Positions 9,124-19,342 of a stretch of DNA of 64,000 bases are shown piece after piece (position 1 is the first letter of the stretch; each line of letters begins with the position of its first letter). Both the position numbers and the translations under genes were made by a program. The notes beneath the pieces were generated by a model, which was not told the DNA's origin, ran no database searches, and worked only from the letters and a program-made list of their open reading frames with translations. Source of the stretch: a virus; IMG/VR virus record IMGVR_UViG_3300024348_000001, positions 122,055 to 186,054 of that record; one strand, written 5' to 3'.

Positions 9124-12100
9124 TTACACACCAGTAACTGTTGATTGTGACGGTATCGTAGAAACCACGCGCGTAGTAGATGACGTGGATGCCACCCGTG
9201 TCGCCTGTGTTGTTTGGACTAGAGATGTTTTGGAAACAACACTTCTTACAGACGAGACAGCTTGAGTTTTATTCTTTACAGCAATACTTGTGGATGTCTG
9301 ACTTTTAGTTGAAACAACAGGCCGAGTTGCCGATGTAACAATTGTAGGAGGCACAACGTCTATTCTGACTGTAGACGCATGTACCCGCGTAACGTTAGTG
9401 TCTGCAATGTTAACGTCTAAAACAGTGTTGGTTGTCGCCGCAAGTTTGATCAATAATTCTGTGTAAGCGGCGGCACTGGCGGCAGATAAATAACCGTTAC
9501 CAAACCCAAGCCCATCTAAAGGTACAACGTCAACATTAAACAAAGGTACGCTGACGTTTGCCGTACCCGTTGCTGTGCCTTGTGCCGCATAGATCGTAAT
9601 AGTAGGTAGTGTTACACCAACAGATCCATAAGCAGAACCATCAAGAGGCTCAACCGTGATTTCGTTGCTTGGACCTTCAGCCGCAGCACTAATGGTTATT
9701 TCACAAGCAAAACCTGTCAGCGCAAAGGTAGCAGGTGCCGCCGAAACTAAACGATCAACAAGAAGAAACGCACCAATACGATTTTCATTAAACGTTGCGG
9801 TTTGTACACGTAATGGATGATCGTGCGTAAATAGTACAGAGACACCGGTTAAGTTTAAGGTCCCCGTGGCGCCATAAAGTCTTCTACCGACGTATCCTTG
9901 AGCGTCGTATTCAGTTTTAAAGAACACGCCCGTTTCAGCAATAAATGCTCTGCCGTAAAGTAGATTGGCGTCTTGTGTTGTGTATGTGAAAGCTTGAGTT
10001 ACAGGTGAAAGTAAATGGCTGTGACTTAAGTTGGCAGCATTACTTGTAAACGCATATGTTCGTAAAACAGCAAGTAATTTACGTGCAGTACGTGAACCCG
10101 CAGATGTGCCTGTAAGTGTGTACGTTTGAACCGCAGCCGTGACTTTATACCCAAAAGCAAGCCCGGTAATTGTTCCTGTCAGCGTGTAAGTTTGAACTGC
10201 GGCTGTAAGTTTACGCGTAGTACTTGAACCTGCGGCTATTCCTGTCAGTGCGTACGTTCTAATCGCCGCAGTAAGTTTACGAGTTACAGTTAAACCCGCA
10301 GATGCGCCCGTTAGTGTGTAAGTTTGTGTCGCACCGGTAAATTTGTGCGCGCCGACAAAATTAGTTGTCGTTCCGCTCAGTGTGTAAGTCCGAACCGCAC
10401 CAGTAAGTTTTCGTGCCGCAGTTAAACTTGTGTTGTTTCCAAGCGCCTCAAAACCGCGGTATTCTGCTGTAAGCCGTGCATTTAAACGCAAACCGGCAGA
10501 AATACCATTCAACGCAAAAGACTGAACCGTTGGCGTTATGTTGTGATCAGATCTAAGAAAAACATCAATACCCGTTAGTGCAAACGTAACAGTTGTTGTG
10601 GGTAACTGCGCCGTACGCCGAAGATTTGCAGAAATACCTGTAAACGTAAGATCATCTGTGGTAATTGAAAGCGTATATGCAGATGCGCGCGTTATTAAAA
10701 ACCCAACATCGTGATGCCCGACTGTGAACGCAGATACCGTTGCAGTTAACGTGTAACCGCGTAAAAGATTGCTGTCGTTTCCTGTTAATGTTCCGGTATT
10801 TGTTGTTGCTGTAAGTTTTCGAGTAACAAGCGTGTTTGCGGCTATGGTTGTGTATGTGCAAGTTTGAGTGGTGCCACTGATTGCGCGCCCGACAAAGAAA
10901 GCCGTAAGGTTAGATCCAATGTGGTAGTAAGTTTGCGGTTCTACCGTAATTTTTCGAGTTAAAGAAAAATTTGTATCGTTTGTGGTAATTGCATAAGTAC
11001 TTATAGAAGCGGTGAGTGTGTGCGCTGGCGTTAGGGTTGCGGGATTAAGTGTCAGTGCATACGTTTGAGTCGTAGCCGAAATTTTGCGTGCACTGGTAAT
11101 TGCAGCAGCGGTGGTTGAAATGACATAAGTTTGAAAAGTAGCAGTAAGTTTACGTGCTGATGTTAAACCAATTTCTGTTCCTGTTAAGGCATAGGTCTGA
11201 AGAGTAGCTGTAAGTTTACGTGCAGCAGTTAGTCCAGTCGTTGTTCCTGTAATTGAATAAGATTGAACAACGGCTGCAAGTTTATGGCCAAAGGCTAAAC
11301 CAGTTGCTGTTCCTGTTAAGGCATAAGTTTGAAGCGTAGCCGCAAGCGTACGTGTTGCTTTAGGTGTAGCCGCTATGCCTGTTAATGCATAGGTTTGAAG
11401 AGTAGCCGTGAGTTTACGTGCCGGGATTAAACCAGTTGTTGTTCCTGTGAGTGCATAGGTTTGAAGAGTAGCCGTGAGTTTACGTGCTGATGTTAAACCA
11501 GTTGCTGTTCCTGTTAAGGCATAGGTTTGAAGCGTAGCCGTGAGTTTACGTGCCGCTTTAGGTGTTGCGGCTATTCCTGTTAAAGCAAATGAGCTTGCTG
11601 CGGCTGTCAGTGTGTAGTTGTTTAGCGTGGCAAGTGTTTGAGTTAGTGTGGTGGTTTGACCGGTTTCAGAATAAGCGCCGGCTGTAGTGGTGAGGGTGTA
11701 ATTTATGCCGGCAACTGCTTGAGTTAAAGTGGCAGCATTTCCTGTCAATGCAAACGACGCTTCGGGCGTGGCGGACATGAAGTATTTTGATACTCTAAAC
11801 GCAACAGCATTAACGGCCGATGCTTGAAAATCGGGTGGTGCTGCATAACGGCTTCCATAACCGGACGCAGTCGTAAACGGATAGGCTAACGTGTAAGGTG
11901 ATTGCGTGCCTGAACCAAAAACTACTACGTCTGGTCCAGCAGCAACCGATGTGGCTGTTCCTGAAATTTCATCTACCGGATCGGCATATTTTGTACCAAA
12001 ACCTGTGCTGTCAGACCATGGATACGCTACCTGTCGAGGTGCGCTATCCACCGCTCCAATAAGCGCATCACCTGTAAGTGAAAACGCAAGACGGCGCGGC

Positions 12101-15030
12101 ATGTTTGCGGGTAATGTTGTCGGATTAGAAAATTTTGTACCAAATCCTGTAGTGTTCGACCACGTATACGCAAATATATACGGCGTGACCAGACAACCAA
12201 ATGCGACAATATTAGGACGTATGGCCAGACCATAACCACGCGGTGACCCTGACGGCAGTGTCGGATAATTTGTATAGCGCGTGCCAAAGCCAGAAACAGA
12301 TGACCACGCATATGCGGAAAGATACGGCGTACTATATTCCGCTAAGAAAACGGCTTGACCGTCTTCTGCAAATTTAACATTATTTACGTAAAATGTAGGT
12401 GCCGACGCAGGAGTTGTAAAGCGTGTACCGAATCCTGTACCTGTTGTCCACGGGTAAGCGCCTATAGACGGCGCCGTACTAACGTTTCCGCCGACAATGA
12501 CAGCATCGTTTTGCCGGGTTACCGCAATACCGCCGGTAGTAGTTCCCGTATTTACGCCAAAAGGCCCAGTTACTGGATTAGTGTATTTTGTGCCAGATCC
12601 GGAAGCCGCTGTCCAACTGTATGCGTGAATACACGGTGAACTGTCATTCAAAAAGAAAATATCAGTCGCAGAAAAAGTTACGTCGCACGCTTTTGCGGCT
12701 AGCAACGTAGCCGGATTGGCATATTTTGCACCAAACCCGCCGGACGTCCACTGGTACGCATTTAAAAACGGTGAAGCTGCTGGACACGAAGCGATTTGAT
12801 ACGCGCCTGTATAATTAAACGCCGTATTTGTGCCTGTTTGCGTAAAACTGCTGCTGTCTGCAACAAGCCGGTACGCCTTGGACTGCACAGTAGCAATGCT
12901 ACTAACAGCGGAGGTGGGCAGTGTCAAGTATGTAGCGGTTTTAGTACCAAACGAACTGCGACCCGCGTCTAATAACGAATAAATAGAAATGAATGGTGTA
13001 GTGCTGTGCCCAACAAGCAAACTTAAATCGTTAAACGTATTAAGTGCGGCCAGCGATTGACCTGCTCCGGCAGGTAAAGAACTAGGATTACTGTATTTAA
13101 TGCCAAAACCGGAACTGTTATTCCATATGTATCCAGATACGTATGGCGATGCCGTTCCCGCATAAAATAACCGATCACCTGTGCTTAAAAAGAAAGGCGC
13201 ATTTGCCGATGGGGAAGACACCGGATCTGTGTATGCCGTACCAAAACCGCTGGCAGCTGAAAATGGATAAGCTCTTGTTCCGGAAGAACCACATGCAACT
13301 ACAAGAGTAGTTCCATCAGGATTAAATGCTGCTCCCCCTGAGTTAGATGGCGGCAATGTTAACGGATTAGCGTATTTTGTGCCAAAACCACTAACTGACC
13401 ACGGATATGCCGACACAAAAGGCGAAGTATTATGCGCCACGGCAATCGCAGCGCCGGTCGGACTAAAAACAACTTGTGCCGATATTCCGGTAGGCAACGT
13501 TACAGGATTAGTGTATTTTGTGCCAAAGCCACTTACAGACCAAGGATAAGCAGCTATAAACGGTGTTGTGCTTGACGAAACCGCTATAGCGGAACCGTCT
13601 GGTGTGAAACTAACGCCGCGCCCAGTTGTTGCCGGAACCGTGACTGGGTTTGTAAACCGCGCACCAAAACCCGTACGATACGTCCACGCGTACGCAGATA
13701 CGAATGGCGTATTACTATGGGCTACAGCTATGACATCGGATTTCATAGCAACGCCACTACCAGCGCCGGTAGGTAACGTGCTTGGATTGGTATATTTTGT
13801 TGCTAAGGTATTTGTGTCAGCCCAGTCAAAAACTTCTACGTACGGTGTTAACCCTTGCGCCGTAGCGACTACGGCGGGAGATTTTGCATACAACAACGAA
13901 GCTGCAATTCCGGTCTGAGTAAATGCCGCCGTTGTGCACGGCATACTGTAAGCAATTGGCGGTACAAACGAAGTCTGCGCCGGCGGCAGTGTAAATGCCG
14001 CAACGGTTGCGGGCATGTAATAGTAACCTGTGGCCAGAACCGCATCATTAATTGTACCGCCTGTGCCAAAATTTGAAGCGGTAGCCGATGACGGTGGCGT
14101 ACCAAATCCTGAAACCGATGACCACGGATACACAAGAACGTTTGGACCGCCTGAGCTTGAACTTACCGTTAAAGTATCCGCCGTAAACCGCGCGGAGAAT
14201 GCGCCAGTAAGCAACAATGTTGTGGGGTTAGAATACTTTGTTCCAAACCCTGAACCAGCTGTCCACGCATAAGCAGTTACATACGGCGTTGTCGCCGAAG
14301 CAAGGGCAATCGCGTCGCCTGCCGGCGAAAAGTCAACGTGTACGCTTGCACCGGGCAATACCGGACTAGGATTGGCATACCGTGTACCAATTCCCGATAC
14401 AGTATTAAACGGATAAACTGAAACAAACGGACTTGTCGTTTGTGCAACAGCTACGGCAGTAGCTGTAAAAGCAATGCCATTACCTGCGCCTGCGGGCAGC
14501 GTTGCAGGGTTGGCGTATCTTGTACCGAAACCAGTTCCAGTAGTAAACGGATACACACTAAAAAATGATGTGCTGCCTGTTGCAACACCAACCGTTGCGT
14601 TATCGGGCGTAAGAGCAACATCATTACCCGTGGCGTTAGGTATTGTTAAAGGATTTGCATATCTAGTACCAAACCCGGATGCCGCCGTAAAAGGATATGC
14701 GTACAAATACGCCGAACTGCCGGTAGCTACAAAAATATCAGTTGTCGAAAAAGTAACGTCGTTACCCGTAGCAGCGGGTAATACAGCAGGGTCGGTGTAT
14801 CTTGTACCAAAACCGTTTACAGACCACGGATACGCACTAAGACGCGGGCTAGTACTGTGCGCAACAGCAATGGCCGTAGGCTTTGTACCGCCAAACCACG
14901 CAATGCCGTTCCCTGCGCTAGCTGGAAGTGACGCAGGGTTAGAAAAAAACGTGCCTGTTCCGGTGGATGGATGCCAACCGCAAACACCTATATACGGACT
15001 ACCTGAATGCGCTAATGCAAGATGTGCCAT
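9124..15030 (-). CDS. Very large fibre/receptor-binding protein: beta-propeller repeats plus 22-aa repeat stalk
   Basis: 1968 aa. About 45-aa repeats (AVA..TSPF.SAYPW...GFGT[KR]Y.NP..LP..G..V.F) span residues ~1-1075, followed by RKLTATLQTYALTG repeats. Confidence 0.7.
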   Translation of the reverse strand: MAHLALAHSGSPYIGVCGWHPSTGTGTFFSNPASLPASAGNGIAWFGGTKPTAIAVAHSTSPRLSAYPWSVNGFGTRYTDPAVLPAATGNDVTFSTTDIFVATGSSAYLYAYPFTAASGFGTRYANPLTIPNATGNDVALTPDNATVGVATGSTSFFSVYPFTTGTGFGTRYANPATLPAGAGNGIAFTATAVAVAQTTSPFVSVYPFNTVSGIGTRYANPSPVLPGASVHVDFSPAGDAIALASATTPYVTAYAWTAGSGFGTKYSNPTTLLLTGAFSARFTADTLTVSSSSGGPNVLVYPWSSVSGFGTPPSSATASNFGTGGTINDAVLATGYYYMPATVAAFTLPPAQTSFVPPIAYSMPCTTAAFTQTGIAASLLYAKSPAVVATAQGLTPYVEVFDWADTNTLATKYTNPSTLPTGAGSGVAMKSDVIAVAHSNTPFVSAYAWTYRTGFGARFTNPVTVPATTGRGVSFTPDGSAIAVSSSTTPFIAAYPWSVSGFGTKYTNPVTLPTGISAQVVFSPTGAAIAVAHNTSPFVSAYPWSVSGFGTKYANPLTLPPSNSGGAAFNPDGTTLVVACGSSGTRAYPFSAASGFGTAYTDPVSSPSANAPFFLSTGDRLFYAGTASPYVSGYIWNNSSGFGIKYSNPSSLPAGAGQSLAALNTFNDLSLLVGHSTTPFISIYSLLDAGRSSFGTKTATYLTLPTSAVSSIATVQSKAYRLVADSSSFTQTGTNTAFNYTGAYQIASCPAASPFLNAYQWTSGGFGAKYANPATLLAAKACDVTFSATDIFFLNDSSPCIHAYSWTAASGSGTKYTNPVTGPFGVNTGTTTGGIAVTRQNDAVIVGGNVSTAPSIGAYPWTTGTGFGTRFTTPASAPTFYVNNVKFAEDGQAVFLAEYSTPYLSAYAWSSVSGFGTRYTNYPTLPSGSPRGYGLAIRPNIVAFGCLVTPYIFAYTWSNTTGFGTKFSNPTTLPANMPRRLAFSLTGDALIGAVDSAPRQVAYPWSDSTGFGTKYADPVDEISGTATSVAAGPDVVVFGSGTQSPYTLAYPFTTASGYGSRYAAPPDFQASAVNAVAFRVSKYFMSATPEASFALTGNAATLTQAVAGINYTLTTTAGAYSETGQTTTLTQTLATLNNYTLTAAASSFALTGIAATPKAARKLTATLQTYALTGTATGLTSARKLTATLQTYALTGTTTGLIPARKLTATLQTYALTGIAATPKATRTLAATLQTYALTGTATGLAFGHKLAAVVQSYSITGTTTGLTAARKLTATLQTYALTGTEIGLTSARKLTATFQTYVISTTAAAITSARKISATTQTYALTLNPATLTPAHTLTASISTYAITTNDTNFSLTRKITVEPQTYYHIGSNLTAFFVGRAISGTTQTCTYTTIAANTLVTRKLTATTNTGTLTGNDSNLLRGYTLTATVSAFTVGHHDVGFLITRASAYTLSITTDDLTFTGISANLRRTAQLPTTTVTFALTGIDVFLRSDHNITPTVQSFALNGISAGLRLNARLTAEYRGFEALGNNTSLTAARKLTGAVRTYTLSGTTTNFVGAHKFTGATQTYTLTGASAGLTVTRKLTAAIRTYALTGIAAGSSTTRKLTAAVQTYTLTGTITGLAFGYKVTAAVQTYTLTGTSAGSRTARKLLAVLRTYAFTSNAANLSHSHLLSPVTQAFTYTTQDANLLYGRAFIAETGVFFKTEYDAQGYVGRRLYGATGTLNLTGVSVLFTHDHPLRVQTATFNENRIGAFLLVDRLVSAAPATFALTGFACEITISAAAEGPSNEITVEPLDGSAYGSVGVTLPTITIYAAQGTATGTANVSVPLFNVDVVPLDGLGFGNGYLSAASAAAYTELLIKLAATTNTVLDVNIADTNVTRVHASTVRIDVVPPTIVTSATRPVVSTKSQTSTSIAVKNKTQAVSSVRSVVSKTSLVQTTQATRVASTSSTTRVVSTIPSQSTVTGV
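9700..11760 (-). repeat. Degenerate 66-nt (22-aa) tandem coding repeats, best conserved 11090-11600
   Basis: Recurring RKLTATLQTYALTGTATGLTSA units, visible in the DNA (gtgagtttacgtg...cctgttaaggcataggtttgaag). Confidence 0.85.
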
Positions 15031-15043
15031 AGCGCACCCCTAA

Positions 15044-15487
15044 TTAGACGGCTGCCTGTACCCGAGCCGCTTTAATTTCAGCAATCAATTCGCGCATTTT
15101 GGCCATATCTGTCACTTGTGCTTCAAACGTAGCCAAAATCATTTTAGCTTTGCGCTGTTCCATTTTTTCCGAACGAATACGCATTTTCAGCTCGTCACGG
15201 AAAGCCAACCGCGAAACTGTATCAAGCTCGTCGTCATCAACAATTGACGCAGCAAGTTGATCGCGCCCCATGCCTTTGTATTTTGTTAATTCATTAGGCC
15301 ATGTAAGTGGCAAGTCAGCAAACGTGGCAATCATCGCTTCAAAGTTATTAATGTTTACCTGATACTGATACACTTCGTTTTCGCGCATTTCAATTGCTTG
15401 CGCCACATTACGGTCATGTTCGGTTTGCGTAATGCCTCCGTTGTTTGATGGAAATACATTACCGCTACCCATGTCGATGTCCGGCAT
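15044..15487 (-). CDS. Helical hypothetical protein, possible fibre chaperone
   Basis: 147 aa, coiled-coil-like, immediately upstream of the fibre gene. Confidence 0.4.
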   Translation of the reverse strand: MPDIDMGSGNVFPSNNGGITQTEHDRNVAQAIEMRENEVYQYQVNINNFEAMIATFADLPLTWPNELTKYKGMGRDQLAASIVDDDELDTVSRLAFRDELKMRIRSEKMEQRKAKMILATFEAQVTDMAKMRELIAEIKAARVQAAV

Positions 15488-15495
15488 AACGCCTC

Positions 15496-16554
15496 CTAAG
15501 TTACAGTCAAAACACCACCAGAGCCGTCAAAATCAATTGTAAACGTGTCACCGTTTGCCAAAGTAACGCTGCTGGCATAATCGTAATAAGCAATTAAATT
15601 TTTACTGGCCGCCGTGTCATTATACAACACGACGTATCTAAAAGGCCCAACTGTTCCACTAGCGGTAAGAACCAAGTCAGCGCACACTAATTTGTATGTT
15701 CCCGAAGTTTGCGCGCTTGTAGACGTCGTAATGTTGCGTGTCGAACAGTTGGTGTAGGAGATTTCGCTGATGTCCGTCAACACAGCATTAGCCGCAGAAG
15801 GTGCCGTATTGGTAAGAGCTACCTTTAACTGATCCGATCCCAAATTGTGAACTTTTTCCATTGCCGCTTCTACAAATGGTTGGAATTTGTAGAAAGCTGA
15901 CGTGACTGGGGAAGGGCTACCTCCGCCACCGCCACTGTCAGATTGAGTGCCCGTACCTGAGTTGTAGATGCGTGCTATTTCAGTCGCATCAATTGCCGTG
16001 TCGTAAATACGGAGATCGTCGATGAGGGTGTTGCTATACGACTGGTTAAAGATTTGAAACGGAGACGAGGAGTCGTAGCCCCCCGCACCCGGCCCAGTAG
16101 TTGTTGATCCGCTAATGGTGGCAGACGAGCCGTTGATGTAAATGGACCAGTTGGTGCCATCCCAGCGAATCACCGTGTGCGTCCATACGCTGGCGCTCTG
16201 CGCACCGCTGACAGACATGTAGAAATATGGCGAAAACGCTAGCGACTCGATAAAGAGCCCTGTCGGTGTCGAGTAGCCGATGTAAAACCCGGTCATTGAA
16301 AAAATCCGTATCGCCGGACCATCAATAGACGCCTTCCACCAATACGCAATCGTGAATGCGCCTGACGTGGGAAGGAGGTTGGTGGACGTGTATGCGTTTA
16401 CCCCGTCCATCAGGTTGTAAAATGCGGTTTGGTAGCACTGGTTTACTTTCCCACTACTACCGATTGAGCCGTAGACATTCGTAAAATTTGTCGTGCCCGT
16501 AGCATCGTTGTACGTGCCTGAGGTGTCAAACAAGTAATGATGCGTTTGCGCCAT
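15496..16554 (-). CDS. LamG/concanavalin A-like domain fused to a virion structural domain
   Basis: FTIAYWWK...WTHTVIRWDG...YING...IDDLRIYD is a LamG signature. A GGGGGS linker follows, and the C-terminal ~130 aa are paralogous to 16628..17068. Confidence 0.75.
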   Translation of the reverse strand: MAQTHHYLFDTSGTYNDATGTTNFTNVYGSIGSSGKVNQCYQTAFYNLMDGVNAYTSTNLLPTSGAFTIAYWWKASIDGPAIRIFSMTGFYIGYSTPTGLFIESLAFSPYFYMSVSGAQSASVWTHTVIRWDGTNWSIYINGSSATISGSTTTGPGAGGYDSSSPFQIFNQSYSNTLIDDLRIYDTAIDATEIARIYNSGTGTQSDSGGGGGSPSPVTSAFYKFQPFVEAAMEKVHNLGSDQLKVALTNTAPSAANAVLTDISEISYTNCSTRNITTSTSAQTSGTYKLVCADLVLTASGTVGPFRYVVLYNDTAASKNLIAYYDYASSVTLANGDTFTIDFDGSGGVLTVT

Positions 16555-16569
16555 TGCAAATTCCTAAGT

Positions 16570-16602
16570 AAAAAGTTCTGAACGCATTGCACGTTCAGAA
16601 CT
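16570..16602 (-). terminator. Intrinsic terminator
   Basis: AGTTCTGAACG-cattgca-CGTTCAGAACT 11-bp perfect stem, then TTTT on the minus strand. Confidence 0.6.
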
Positions 16603-16627
16603 TACTAAATTTGCGACATTTATACTG

Positions 16628-17068
16628 TTACGCCAACGTCAAAACACCACTCACGTTATCAAAGTCAATTGTAAATGTTTCGCCCGATGCCAACGTAATG
16701 GAACTACCGTAATCGTAGTACCCAATCAGAGGGTTGGTGGCTAGTGTCGCAGAACTGTTGTAAATGTAAACGTAACGGAAAGGCCCTACAGTTCCGGTTG
16801 CAGTCAAAACCAAGTCCGCCAAAACCAGAGCATACGTTCCTGATGACTGCGAACTCGTAGTTGTGGTCAAGTTACGTGAGGAACAGTTGGTGTAAGAGAT
16901 CTGACTGACGTTAGCCAAAATGCAGTTAGCCGTCAAAAGATCAGGACGCGTACTTTCTGCGGATGGCGCCGTGTTACTCAAAGCGACGACAAGTTGATCT
17001 GCACCGAGGTTATGCATCTTTTCGGCAAGATGCTCAACAAAACCGTATACCTTATTGAACGTTGCCAT
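16628..17068 (-). CDS. Conserved phage virion protein (fibre-base-like beta domain)
   Basis: HNLGADQLVVALSNTAP...GPFRYV...LIGYYDYG...GETFTIDF, a pattern seen next to fibre genes in many phages. Confidence 0.6.
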   Translation of the reverse strand: MATFNKVYGFVEHLAEKMHNLGADQLVVALSNTAPSAESTRPDLLTANCILANVSQISYTNCSSRNLTTTTSSQSSGTYALVLADLVLTATGTVGPFRYVYIYNSSATLATNPLIGYYDYGSSITLASGETFTIDFDNVSGVLTLA

Positions 17069-17080
17069 GAATCAAACTCC

Positions 17081-17500
17081 TTAGTTCTGGAACTTCAGTG
17101 GTGTCGTAACCGTAACCGCAAATGTACCGTTTGTTGAGGAAATGTCATTACCAAAATCGACATATCCTACAAGTTCGTCAGCAGATGATGCGCCACCTCT
17201 GGACTTGTATATTACCCCACCTTTTGCGGTGATGGTAGCCGACGTCCACGAAGTTACGACAAAAGACAGCTCAATGTCGTTGTTAACATTGTCTACGGCC
17301 GCAACGGTAACAACACAAGCATTGCCGCCTGCCGTATAACCGACGCCCGTAACTTCGTTCGTGACATCATTGCGCTTGGAATGAGACTTGGCCGCACCGT
17401 AAGCCGATGTCACCAAAGCCAGCTTGAACGTGTCTGTGCTGAAGTTGATGTTTCCTACCAACCCATCACGAATACACGAGTTGTACACAAGACTTGCCAT
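17081..17500 (-). CDS. Conserved phage virion protein, distant relative of 16628..17068
   Basis: DTFKLALVTS...EVTGVGYTAGG...LVGYVDFG. ATG 17500 overlaps the upstream TAA (TAATG). Confidence 0.6.
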   Translation of the reverse strand: MASLVYNSCIRDGLVGNINFSTDTFKLALVTSAYGAAKSHSKRNDVTNEVTGVGYTAGGNACVVTVAAVDNVNNDIELSFVVTSWTSATITAKGGVIYKSRGGASSADELVGYVDFGNDISSTNGTFAVTVTTPLKFQN

Positions 17501-18015
17501 TAAGTTAACTCCCATGCAAGCCAATTTCCGGCAGTAGAATCATAAATTACTTCAAGCGCATGTTTGGACGTTAACGTTTTATCTGTGCCAGTAGTGTCAA
17601 TCCTGTTGGCAGCATCAGACGACGTAGACATGTGTTTAATTGTAACTGTGTCTGTTCCGACGTTGACAATACGAATCATTCTGCCGTCCGCATGCGCTGA
17701 TCCGTTGGGTGGAGCTATTCCTGTAAGTTGACTGGCTTTCGTACAATTCAGCCGTTGAAACGCTGAACTGCTAAACGCCAAATTGTTTGTATTAGTACTT
17801 ATATTAACTGTGCTGGACGGATGCGCAAACGACCCTCCGGCACCAGTACTTCCAATCGTCAATATCGTGGCACCCGAACAACCAGCTTCAACCACAGTCG
17901 TCATGGTGCTGAATCCCGCAGGACCGCCAGCCGCTGTAGTTGCCGTCATGTCTGTTTTGACAGGTACCCGAGAACTGAGTTGATCTATTCTTAAACCTGA
18001 CATAGTTAAATCCAC
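17500..18015 (-). CDS. Hypothetical beta-rich virion/fibre protein
   Basis: 171 aa; DGRMIRIVNVG...VIYDSTAGNW pattern of fibre-associated domains. Confidence 0.45.
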   Translation of the reverse strand: MDLTMSGLRIDQLSSRVPVKTDMTATTAAGGPAGFSTMTTVVEAGCSGATILTIGSTGAGGSFAHPSSTVNISTNTNNLAFSSSAFQRLNCTKASQLTGIAPPNGSAHADGRMIRIVNVGTDTVTIKHMSTSSDAANRIDTTGTDKTLTSKHALEVIYDSTAGNWLAWELT

Positions 18016-18149
18016 AAAAGATAATCGGTTGCGCCACTATTCCACATAATATGATCTGATACCGTATCCCACAACAATTGTTCAATGGGTCCGTCGTTAT
18101 TAGACGGACGCCAGTACAAAGGAATTTGTGTGCCGATGTCTGGCATATG

Positions 18150-18419
18150 TCACCAAATAGCTACGATGTTGGTTGCACTGGTACTTGACGATTTTACGCG
18201 CGAAACACGTAAAGGAAGCAACGTACCGGCTTGAATACCTGCGAACAATACAGTCTGTCCGCCAGCCAATACAACGTTAACACTACCTGCACCGCCAACC
18301 CACAAACCACGCGTCACGTATGTAAGGTCGGTGTCGTTGTTGGGTGTGACAATTTCAGCGTTGTCGCACGGGCTTGATAATATTTCGGGTTGTCCTGCGC
18401 ACGTATCAATTGCAGCCAT
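18150..18419 (-). CDS. Conserved small phage structural protein
   Basis: TPNNDTDLTYVTRGLWVGGAG...GTLLPLRVSRV...TNIVAIW, a widespread phage motif; GGAGG RBS. Confidence 0.6.
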   Translation of the reverse strand: MAAIDTCAGQPEILSSPCDNAEIVTPNNDTDLTYVTRGLWVGGAGSVNVVLAGGQTVLFAGIQAGTLLPLRVSRVKSSSTSATNIVAIW

Positions 18420-18428
18420 AATAACCTC

Positions 18429-18464
18429 CTAAAAAAAAAGCACGCCGTTACCGACATGCTTTTA
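18429..18464 (-). terminator. Probable intrinsic terminator
   Basis: Imperfect AAAAGCATG/CGTGCTTTT stem followed by a long T run on the minus strand. Confidence 0.45.
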
Positions 18465-18591
18465 GTAAAATTAAAATATCAGCCGTAGTGGCGGTTGGCG
18501 CTGTTAATCTTCACCAGCCACTTAAACATTCGCCCGAGCAGGAAACAGCAAAAACACTCCGCATCGAATGACCGGCTGATTACATGTTAAA

Positions 18592-18930
18592 TCAAACCAA
18601 CGATTCCCAGCAAGGATCTGACAAGCTGAGGTTGTTGGCGCGGTCAATACGCACCATCTTGGACTGACCCACACCGTTCAGAAGAATCGGGTTGGGAGTC
18701 TTGACGATTTCCAATGTGCCGTTAGCTAAGGCATTCTGGAAAGCAGTGATATTACGGCGGCTGGCATTACGATCAAGGCCAGTCTGGATGGCTTCGAGGA
18801 TATTCCCGAAAACCGAGAACTCTTCGTTAGCTGCCAACTTGCGTCCGTGAGGAGGCAGGAAGCCAAACGTACGGCTACCGCCGCTAATGTTCTTTACTGT
18901 GCTGAAGAGGCAGGCCGTACTGTAAGCCAT
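18592..18930 (-). CDS. Hypothetical protein, capsid operon
   Basis: 112-aa ORF with AAGGAG RBS. Confidence 0.55.
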   Translation of the reverse strand: MAYSTACLFSTVKNISGGSRTFGFLPPHGRKLAANEEFSVFGNILEAIQTGLDRNASRRNITAFQNALANGTLEIVKTPNPILLNGVGQSKMVRIDRANNLSLSDPCWESLV

Positions 18931-18955
18931 GTCCTAGTCTCCTTTGTATAAGTAC

Positions 18956-19342
18956 TTACTGGTTGCGAAGAGCGGCCTGAAGCTCCATAGCTTCGGCGGC
19001 CTTCAGGGAAACGACCGAGTCGTAGATCTCAGGATTCTGCATCAAAGCAGCCGCAAGATCGCTAGGTGCCGAAACAGGCGCACTGGCAGTCTTGTTAAAC
19101 CCAAGAACATTTTGAAGCGCGTCCTTGGCGTTAGCAATTGGATCATACGCTTCGCTAGCAGTTTTGATCTGGCCCTGCTGATGCATGGCAAACAGCATTT
19201 CAGCTGTTTCGAGAAGATCATGCGCTTGCTTTTCGTTTTGCGGTACAAAACCAGTAGCTGCGGCAAATTTCTCAAAAATCAAACCGTTGTGCACGTTGCT
19301 AGCAAGTCGGGCAAAAGCGGTTTCGGGATCAGGCATGCTCAT
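18956..19342 (-). CDS. Hypothetical head-associated protein with K-x-A motifs
   Basis: 128 aa; EKFAA, EKQAH, IKTAS, NKTAS; TAAGGA RBS. Confidence 0.6.
   Translation of the reverse strand: MSMPDPETAFARLASNVHNGLIFEKFAAATGFVPQNEKQAHDLLETAEMLFAMHQQGQIKTASEAYDPIANAKDALQNVLGFNKTASAPVSAPSDLAAALMQNPEIYDSVVSLKAAEAMELQAALRNQ

Noticed and set aside
11090-11600. Regular direct repeats resembling a CRISPR array
   Set aside because: They are in-frame 66-nt coding repeats with no unique spacers, and no cas genes are present.
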